64,000 nucleotides of DNA, taken from NCBI GenBank assembly GCA_016926175.1, contig JAFGPA010000031.1, positions 7,075-71,074 of the forward strand. The letters are read 5' to 3'. Below the pieces are notes generated by a model. The model was given only the letters and a program-made list of their open reading frames with translations. It searched no databases and was not told the DNA's origin. Positions 57,771 through 64,000 of the stretch are shown here, in pieces. A program made the position numbers and the translations under genes. The stretch's first letter is position 1, and each line of letters opens with the position of its first letter. This stretch comes from Candidatus Micrarchaeota archaeon. GTDB lineage: Archaea; Micrarchaeota; Micrarchaeia; Anstonellales; Bilamarchaeaceae.

Positions 57771-58817
57771 ATGAAACTAATTATACCAAAAGGCTATGTG
57801 CCAAAAATGGACGCCAAAACAACACATGGCGCTATCGAAAGAATCAAGGACGAATTCAGAGGCGCGCTTCTTGAGAATCTGAATCTTGTAAGGGCAAGCC
57901 ATGCAGTCGTTCTTCCTGCAGGAACCGGTGTCAATGATGATCTTAACGGTATTGAAAAGCCAGTGGAATTCGCAACTCCTGACGGGGTGAAATGGCAATT
58001 GCCCCAGTCGCTTGCAAAGTGGAAACGGCAGGCTTTGGCTGATTATGGGTACAAACCAGGAGAAGGAATCTGGACAGATATGACTGCTGTAAGGCCAGAT
58101 GACAGCAGAGGGCATTTTCATTCTGTTTATGTAGATCAGTGGGACTGGGAAAAAGTAATGGCTCCTGAAGAAAGAACAATAGAATTCCTTAAGGCAACCG
58201 TAAGAAAGATATATGCCGCAATCAAGAGAACAGCGGCAACAGTCGAGGGAAAATACGACCTCAGCGTAGGGCTTGCTCCTGAGATAACTTTCATTACAAC
58301 AGAAGAGCTTCATAAGGCATATCCGAAAATCAGCGGTTCCAAGGCCTTGGAAAATGAGATAGTAAGGGAAGCCCGTTCTGTATTTCTTATTGGAATCGGA
58401 TACCCGCTCAGGAACGGAGAGCCAGATCTGGAAGGGCAGCCGCACGATGGAAGAGCTCCGGATTATGATGACTGGAGCACTCCAAACAGCCTTGGAGGGC
58501 GGGGGCTTAATGGGGACATACTTGTATGGAATCCATTGTTTGAAATGGCATTGGAGCTTTCTTCCATGGGAATAAGGGTTAACAGGGAATCCCTTGTTGA
58601 ACAATGCAGAATAAGGGGATCTGAGGACAGGCTTGAACTTGAATTTCATAAAAGACTGCTCAACGGCGAACTTCCGCAGACAATAGGAGGCGGGGTGGGC
58701 CAGTCAAGGCTTTCAATGCTCTTGCTCCAAAAGGCGCACATCGGAGAGGTTCAGGTTGGGGCATGGCCGGCAGATATGAGAAGGGAACTTGCAGAACACG
58801 GAATCAGCCTCCTATGA
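57771..58817 (+). CDS. asnA: Aspartate-ammonia ligase (asparagine synthetase A), bacterial type
   Basis: SLAKWKRQ, HSVYVDQWDWEKVM, RAPDYDDWSTP, LNGDILVWNP, ELSSMGIRV and PQTIGGGVGQSRL closely follow E. coli AsnA as I remember it. Confidence 0.93.
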   Translation: MKLIIPKGYVPKMDAKTTHGAIERIKDEFRGALLENLNLVRASHAVVLPAGTGVNDDLNGIEKPVEFATPDGVKWQLPQSLAKWKRQALADYGYKPGEGIWTDMTAVRPDDSRGHFHSVYVDQWDWEKVMAPEERTIEFLKATVRKIYAAIKRTAATVEGKYDLSVGLAPEITFITTEELHKAYPKISGSKALENEIVREARSVFLIGIGYPLRNGEPDLEGQPHDGRAPDYDDWSTPNSLGGRGLNGDILVWNPLFEMALELSSMGIRVNRESLVEQCRIRGSEDRLELEFHKRLLNGELPQTIGGGVGQSRLSMLLLQKAHIGEVQVGAWPADMRRELAEHGISLL

Positions 58818-58853
58818 TCATTTTTTTTATCCTTTTATTCCAAATACTGATCA

Positions 58854-59540
58854 ATGATAAAAGCGATTCTCTTTGATCTTGACAATACCCTGATTGATTT
58901 TCTTACTTTCAAGAAAATTACTGCACAGGCTGCCGCAAAAGCAATGGTAAAGAATGGACTGCCTGCAACAGAAATCCAGATTTATGGAAAAATCTTTTCG
59001 GTCTATGATGAAAAAGGCATTGAATACCAGAAAACATTCCATGATGTTATAAGGCCTTTCGATCTTGAAATAAACACTGCAGAAAAAATACAACAGGCTG
59101 CGATACTTGCCTACCTGGAAAAAAAATTCCAGGTATTGAGGCCCTATCCTTCTGTAAAAAGGATTCTTGCCGGATTAAGAAAAAATCACAACCTGGGAAT
59201 TGTAACCGATGCCCCGAGAAACAAGGCATGGCAGAGGCTTGTTCTGACAGGGCTGGAAAATGAATTTGAAATGGTAATAACGCATGATGACACCCTGGAG
59301 ATGAAACCTCACCCAAGCCCATTCTATCTTGCGCTGCAGAAGCTGAATCTGCTTGCACCGGCATGTTTGTTTGTAGGTGATAATCCTGAAAGAGACATAA
59401 AAGGCGCAAAGGATACAGGAATGCATACCTGCTGGGCAAAATACGGCTCTATGAAAAAAGAATCTGCCGCTGATTTTGAAATAAATAATTTTGAAGAGCT
59501 TCCGCAAAAACTCAATGATATAAATATAAGAGAAGAATAG
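58854..59540 (+). CDS. HAD-superfamily hydrolase
   Basis: ILFDLDNTLIDF (DxDxT), GIVTDAP and VGDNPERDIKGAKDTGM. Confidence 0.85.
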   Translation: MIKAILFDLDNTLIDFLTFKKITAQAAAKAMVKNGLPATEIQIYGKIFSVYDEKGIEYQKTFHDVIRPFDLEINTAEKIQQAAILAYLEKKFQVLRPYPSVKRILAGLRKNHNLGIVTDAPRNKAWQRLVLTGLENEFEMVITHDDTLEMKPHPSPFYLALQKLNLLAPACLFVGDNPERDIKGAKDTGMHTCWAKYGSMKKESAADFEINNFEELPQKLNDINIREE

Positions 59541-59547
59541 ATTGTAT

Positions 59548-60855
59548 ATGATTCTAAAGCGCAAGTCAATGTATGGACTTGAAATAGAACTGATAACCCT
59601 TGACAGCGAAGGCAAACTGGCCAGTGGAGCTCCCGGGATTCTTGAGGCAGTAAAAGGAAAGCCCATTGAAAGCATAGTAAGGAAAGAAATATCAAAATCT
59701 CTCATAGAGCTGGGTGCAAAGGAAAAAAGATCTGTTGAGGAATGTGCAGCGGCATTCATTGAAAATATAGAAGAAACTGTTGAAATTGCAGAGAAACTCG
59801 GCTATCATCTCCTTCCGCTTGGAACCCATCCGGGAAGAAAATTGCCTGAACTGCACAGCACGGAATGGTACGATGCAAAGAAGGCTGTGCTTGGCGAAGA
59901 TACGTTTAAGGAAGGAAGAATCTGCGGATTTCATTTCCATTACATGCTGCCTGAAGGGATCATAGAAAAAACCACGGAACGCATAACACAGGTAAAAAGA
60001 TCTGCTGCAAAGGACATCTTTCTCCAGCAGTATAATTTCCTTGCAGCATGCGATCCTGCAATGATAACGTTTTGCCAGTCCACCCCATTCTGGATGGGAA
60101 GAAACTGGGCAAAGGACTGCAGGGTATTGACATACAGGGATCTGAAAGTCCAGAGCGGTGGGGACATACTCAGAGGCATTCATTATTATCTTCCAATGTT
60201 CGGCACTCTTGCCAGCTATGAATTCACGCTGGATGATATACGCGTACTTGCCGATTCAAGAAAAATGGAATGGCTGAGGCTTCTGGAACAGCGTGGTTTC
60301 CCGACAAATGAAATCGCCTGCTACCCTACTTTGAAATTTGTCTGGGGCCCGCTCAGGGTAAACAAAATAGGGACTTTTGAATACAGGGGACCTGACATGA
60401 CCCATCCTGAAATAATATTCTCAACATCAAGCCTGCTGGTCTTTCTTTTGAAAACAATAGAGGAGCAGCAGATATCTGTGGAACCCTCAGATCTCGGCAT
60501 AAGCGAACCGTTTCTTTTTGAGGATGGCATTGTCTATGTGCCCTCTCATGCGGAATTGAGAAATCTGGAAAGGCAGAGTGTTATCAACGGGCTTGATTCC
60601 TCTGCAGTTTACAACTATTGTTCAAGGCTGATAGAACTTGCAGACCGGCTCGGAAAACCGCCCAGACGCCTTAAGCGCATAAGAGACATGGTAGAAAGCA
60701 GAAAAACCATATCTGATGAAATGATAGATATGGTAAGAAAAAACGGCTATGATCTGAAAGACGTTCCTGAGGATATGATGAATCATCTTGCCCTTTACCA
60801 TGCAAACAAAATGTCCGCAGGTCTGAAGGATCTGAAAAAACAGTTTAAGCGCTGA
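59548..60855 (+). CDS. Carboxylate-amine ligase, glutamate-cysteine ligase family 2 (YbdK/GshA-like)
   Basis: ORF 59542..60855 has a TTG start, with the ATG at 59548. MYGLEIELITLD, LLPLGTHP and CGFHFH fit the GCS2 pattern. Confidence 0.72.
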   Translation: MILKRKSMYGLEIELITLDSEGKLASGAPGILEAVKGKPIESIVRKEISKSLIELGAKEKRSVEECAAAFIENIEETVEIAEKLGYHLLPLGTHPGRKLPELHSTEWYDAKKAVLGEDTFKEGRICGFHFHYMLPEGIIEKTTERITQVKRSAAKDIFLQQYNFLAACDPAMITFCQSTPFWMGRNWAKDCRVLTYRDLKVQSGGDILRGIHYYLPMFGTLASYEFTLDDIRVLADSRKMEWLRLLEQRGFPTNEIACYPTLKFVWGPLRVNKIGTFEYRGPDMTHPEIIFSTSSLLVFLLKTIEEQQISVEPSDLGISEPFLFEDGIVYVPSHAELRNLERQSVINGLDSSAVYNYCSRLIELADRLGKPPRRLKRIRDMVESRKTISDEMIDMVRKNGYDLKDVPEDMMNHLALYHANKMSAGLKDLKKQFKR

Positions 60856-60994
60856 CCTAAAACAATATGAAATGCATCTGATGAACGCTGTTTTTCATTT
60901 ATCTTTTTTATAGTATTTGGGAATATGCATTTGTAGAAACAGATTACAGGCATTCCGGGGATATTTAAAAAGATTATATGCATTAAGTTAGTTC

Positions 60995-61981
60995 ATGTTT
61001 GATTCTAATGTTGATTCAATACTCATCGGTGCAGGAGCATTAATTGCCTCATTTGTCATTTTGATTATAATCTGGTCAGCAATTATAAGGGCATTGTTTA
61101 CACTGCTTGGAAAATCAAAATTTTTCTTTATACCAAAAACACTCAAGGAATTATTTCTTTCAGTGGCATTCATTTTTCTCATTGCATCTTTCATGGTTGG
61201 AACGGGGTTTGTTGATAAAGCACTTCTTGACAATGCGTTCTTCAAAATACTCGACATACTCGCGATATTTGCAGTGGCAAATATAATTGTCAGGGTGGTT
61301 TTGACAGGCATAGACGTACACCACAAAAAATCAAGGGACAGGACAGGCATATACCGGTCAATCGGACTGCTGAAAGGCACTGCCGGACTTGTTCTTTATG
61401 GCATTGCCATTCTGATTTCAGTGCAGATACTAAGCGTAGAAGTCGGAACAGTTGTAACGATGCTTGCATTGTTCATAGTGGTCCTTTTATTTGTGGCAGG
61501 GTTTGACCAGATCAAAAGCATACTTGCAGGCTTTCAGCTCGGGGATTATTATGTGGATATAGGAAGCATGATAAGTATCGACGGCCACCGTGGATTTGTA
61601 GACGCCATACACGGAAGATCCACACTTCTGAAAACAATTGAAGGAAAATCAGTGGTAATCCCAAATTCAAGATTTTTCAGCACAAGCTTTGAGCTTGATA
61701 CGAATCAGATCAACATTGATGTCTGCATAAAAACAAGAAATCCAAAATCCACGAAAGAGGGCATATCATCAGTTGCATCAAAGACAGTCATATCCCTTGA
61801 TGATTTCCCGAAAGAGCATAAGCCGAAGGTTGTTCAGCTGGGCGTTGACAACAGCATCCATTTATTCAGGATAACTTTCATCGCAGTTCCAAATTCAAAC
61901 ATGCAGATGGCAGTGGACAGGCTCTGCGAGGAACTGAATGCAAAATTCGGAGAAAAAATAACATGCATCAGGCTCAACTGA
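60995..61981 (+). CDS. mscS: Small-conductance mechanosensitive channel (MscS family)
   Basis: About 4 N-terminal TM helices, then GDYYVDIGSMISIDGHRGFVDAIHGRSTLLKTIEGKSVVIPNSRF, the MscS beta-domain signature. Confidence 0.8.
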   Translation: MFDSNVDSILIGAGALIASFVILIIIWSAIIRALFTLLGKSKFFFIPKTLKELFLSVAFIFLIASFMVGTGFVDKALLDNAFFKILDILAIFAVANIIVRVVLTGIDVHHKKSRDRTGIYRSIGLLKGTAGLVLYGIAILISVQILSVEVGTVVTMLALFIVVLLFVAGFDQIKSILAGFQLGDYYVDIGSMISIDGHRGFVDAIHGRSTLLKTIEGKSVVIPNSRFFSTSFELDTNQINIDVCIKTRNPKSTKEGISSVASKTVISLDDFPKEHKPKVVQLGVDNSIHLFRITFIAVPNSNMQMAVDRLCEELNAKFGEKITCIRLN

Positions 61982-62528
61982 TTTTTTCTGCTTCATAAAA
62001 ATAAAATTGCATTTTTTCCGGCTTTTTCCATTCATCATGGCCCAGCCCCGCCTTGGAGCAAAGGCGTGAGAGAAATTCATCCTTGCCAGGCAGCTGGTCC
62101 CAGACAGACGGCAGGAAAGTTGCCCTGTTCCAGCCCTTCTCTATTATAAGTCCGTGTTTTCCCGGAACCAGCTTTTCCAGAAGCTCTTCTTTTGATTTTA
62201 TCTGGATTTTTTCTGGAACTGTCAAAACGGATATTTCGATTTCCAGATCATCAATCTCATCCCGGATCACCGGATAAAACCGCGGGTCTTCAAAAGCTGC
62301 GTTCAGGGCATTCTGTATAACATCAAAAACAAGAGGCCTCACCGGTTCCAGTGATCCAATGCAGCCGCGAAGTTCCCCTCTTTTCATCAGGGTGACAAAG
62401 CATGCTCTTTTTTCTGTCATTTCCTTGTTTGGGACATCTTCGGGCAGAATCTCAAGCACTTCGTGCTTTTCCAGATAGTGAAGAATTGCCTTTCTGGCAA
62501 GATCCACCAAAAATTTCCCGTTTTTCAT
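61974..62528 (-). CDS. amrA: AmmeMemoRadiSam system protein A (AMMECR1 domain)
   Basis: ACFVTLMKRGELRGCIGSLEP contains the AMMECR1 LRGCIG motif. 184 aa. Confidence 0.88.
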   Translation of the reverse strand: MKNGKFLVDLARKAILHYLEKHEVLEILPEDVPNKEMTEKRACFVTLMKRGELRGCIGSLEPVRPLVFDVIQNALNAAFEDPRFYPVIRDEIDDLEIEISVLTVPEKIQIKSKEELLEKLVPGKHGLIIEKGWNRATFLPSVWDQLPGKDEFLSRLCSKAGLGHDEWKKPEKMQFYFYEAEKIS

Positions 62529-63274
62529 TCAATCACTGCAAAAGCTGCATAACCGACAACTTCTGTTTTGGGCCCCGCAGTATCACCGGAATTGGCATAT
62601 TTGAGAAGTTTGATTTTCCAGCCTTTCTGCCTTGCAAGTTCCATTATCATCGCTATTCCCATTCTTCCGCACGCATCTCCGCCGGTAAGAAAATTTTCAG
62701 CATCAAGGGATTCTATAAGCGAAATTGTCTTTTTGTCCCTCTCCATTGCCTGCTCATAGGGATAGTAATGGCTCAGATCAGAACTCACAATGAAAAATGC
62801 GTTTATATCTATTGTTTTTGCTCCTTCCTTTGGACTCAGATCACCGGTAAGAATAGGATCGATTTTGAAGTTCTTCAGTACGATCTGAAGAAACGGAAGC
62901 TGCACTTCAAGTGAATGTTCAGGATCGTGCGCTTTTGGAAGCCTGTTTAATCCGATTGAAAATGTTTCCAGTTCACCAATCGGAGTCTGCCATTTCTGAT
63001 ATCCTGACTCTGCCAGCCCGTTAAATATGCCATAGTGGCTTGGGCCTATCAGAATTATTTTTCCGGCATTTTTTCCCTCAAGTAATTTGTAGGCATATGC
63101 TGCAACAGGGCCGGAATATACATAGCCGGCATGAGGCACAATCAATCCTCTTAATTTTCCCCCGATCTTCTTTGCATCGGCAGCTTCGAGAAAATCAGCT
63201 ATCATTTTCCTTAATTCTATTTCATTATCCGGATAGAAAGTTCCAGCTACAGAGGGCAGCCTCATCATTTCCAC
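62525..63274 (-). CDS. amrB: AmmeMemoRadiSam system protein B (MEMO1 family)
   Basis: PSVAGTFYP, LIVPHAGYVYSGPVAAYAY and IGPSH. It overlaps amrA by 4 nt. Confidence 0.88.
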   Translation of the reverse strand: MEMMRLPSVAGTFYPDNEIELRKMIADFLEAADAKKIGGKLRGLIVPHAGYVYSGPVAAYAYKLLEGKNAGKIILIGPSHYGIFNGLAESGYQKWQTPIGELETFSIGLNRLPKAHDPEHSLEVQLPFLQIVLKNFKIDPILTGDLSPKEGAKTIDINAFFIVSSDLSHYYPYEQAMERDKKTISLIESLDAENFLTGGDACGRMGIAMIMELARQKGWKIKLLKYANSGDTAGPKTEVVGYAAFAVIE

Positions 63275-64000
63275 ACACCTTTTATTTCAGTTTTGCAGTT
63301 TGGACATTTTCCGTCTTTCATTTTATTCTGCGACGCTGACATGCCATGCCTTTCTATCAGCAGCTCGCCGCAGGAATGGCAAACTGTTGATTCATATTGC
63401 GAGTATGCCATGCCAACATTCCCGACATAAACATATTTTATGCCGGCATCAAGGCCGGTTTGCCTTGCTTTCAGCAATGATTCCGGCAGGGTTTTCGGAG
63501 TGTCCATCATCCGGTAATCAGGATGGAAAGCCGTCACATGCCAGGGCATTTCAGGATCAACAGAAGCCAGCCACTCTGCTGCCTGTTTCAATTCCCGCAT
63601 ATCATCATTCCAGCCAGGAATCAGCAAAGTTGTCACCTCTGTCCATAACCCTTTCTTTTTTGCATATTCAATGGATTCTTTCACTTTTGTAAAATCAGGG
63701 ACCCTGCACAGTTTGGAATAGAATTTCTGGTTGTATGCTTTCAGGTCAATATTTACAGCATCTATGTATGGCCGTATGTAGTCCCAGCATTCCTTTGATT
63801 CGTAGCCATTTGTCACAAAAACTCCTTTGAGATTGTGCTTCCCTGCTTTTTTCATCACTTCAACAGCATATTCTGCGAAAATAGTGGGCTCGGTATAAGT
63901 GAATGAAATGGACCTGCATTTGTTGGCCAGTGCAGATTCAACAACCCTTTCAGCAGGCCAGTGCTGGCATTGCTGCACCAGCCTGTCAAAATAAGCCCTC
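63265..64000 (-). CDS. amrS: AmmeMemoRadiSam system radical SAM enzyme, N-terminus off window
   Basis: ISFTYTEPTIFAEY, VTNGY and the C-terminal CHSCG...CPNC zinc-ribbon-like tail. The reading frame stays open to position 64000, so the CX3CX2C cluster motif should lie beyond the window. Confidence 0.85.
   Translation of the reverse strand, partial: RAYFDRLVQQCQHWPAERVVESALANKCRSISFTYTEPTIFAEYAVEVMKKAGKHNLKGVFVTNGYESKECWDYIRPYIDAVNIDLKAYNQKFYSKLCRVPDFTKVKESIEYAKKKGLWTEVTTLLIPGWNDDMRELKQAAEWLASVDPEMPWHVTAFHPDYRMMDTPKTLPESLLKARQTGLDAGIKYVYVGNVGMAYSQYESTVCHSCGELLIERHGMSASQNKMKDGKCPNCKTEIKGVWK

Noticed and set aside
57777-58649. A 290-aa ORF antisense to asnA. Similar long antisense ORFs include 3892..4461, 30109..30645, 32776..33306, 59175..59759 and 59692..60183.
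   Set aside because: The opposite strand encodes proteins with strong family signatures. The antisense translations are Cys/Phe/Ser-rich and low-complexity, with no motifs.
63940-64000. The radical SAM protein appears to lack a CX3CX2C motif. Only ...VQQCQHW... is visible near the window edge.
   Set aside because: Aligning PAERVVESALANKCRSISFTYTEP with the family layout places the cluster motif about 15 or more residues further upstream, which is beyond position 64000. The ORF is still open at the edge.

Overview
Gene-dense archaeal chromosomal segment, roughly 40% GC by eye and mostly single-copy housekeeping genes. I infer a small-genome DPANN-type archaeon. The support is archaeal-type 16S rRNA termini, ABCE1, diphthine synthase, deoxyhypusine synthase, a Dpo4-like polymerase, bifunctional FBP aldolase/phosphatase, form III RuBisCO, and a 16S gene with no linked 23S or tRNA.

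Recognisable content, in order:
- ilvE (partial), two glutaredoxin-like redoxins, ABCE1, a Na+/H+ antiporter, a CDP-alcohol phosphatidyltransferase and a thioredoxin-fold protein with SxxC.
- An orphan 16S rRNA gene with flanking processing-stem complementarity, a roughly 44-nt insertion, and a substitution inside the universal 515F primer site.
- GluRS, class II RNR, FBP aldolase/phosphatase, diphthine synthase, a Kazal-domain protein with nine Cys-rich repeats, and Dpo4.
- Two copies of a split m5C-RNA-methyltransferase plus PUA-like module.
- HIT protein, deoxyhypusine synthase, UvdE, a class III aminotransferase, vapBC, a cold-shock protein, GDH, an MFS transporter and form III RuBisCO.
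- A rearranged sufCSU / sufB / sufD cluster, bacterial-type asnA, a HAD hydrolase, a GCS2-type ligase, MscS, and the AmmeMemoRadiSam trio (the radical SAM gene runs off the window).

The best candidate for something undescribed is the hypothetical-protein neighbourhood at about 33.4-36.1 kb. It holds a zinc-ribbon protein with a histone-H1-like lysine-rich tail, followed by four clustered paralogs, with a fifth at 44.6 kb. These are small proteins with a basic TP-containing N-terminal tail, one with an RGRPKK AT-hook. Their core resembles, by eye, the alpha2-L2-alpha3 part of an archaeal histone fold. That resemblance is a hypothesis from manual inspection only.

Other items worth a second look are a 220-nt repeat- and hairpin-rich convergent spacer (37.6 kb), a secreted 661-aa protein with a beta-rich region and a possible Cys-His-Asp domain, and a 4-kb block (44.3-48.4 kb) that collects the second copies of three duplicated gene families. 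I saw no CRISPR array, transposase, integrase or tRNA gene.
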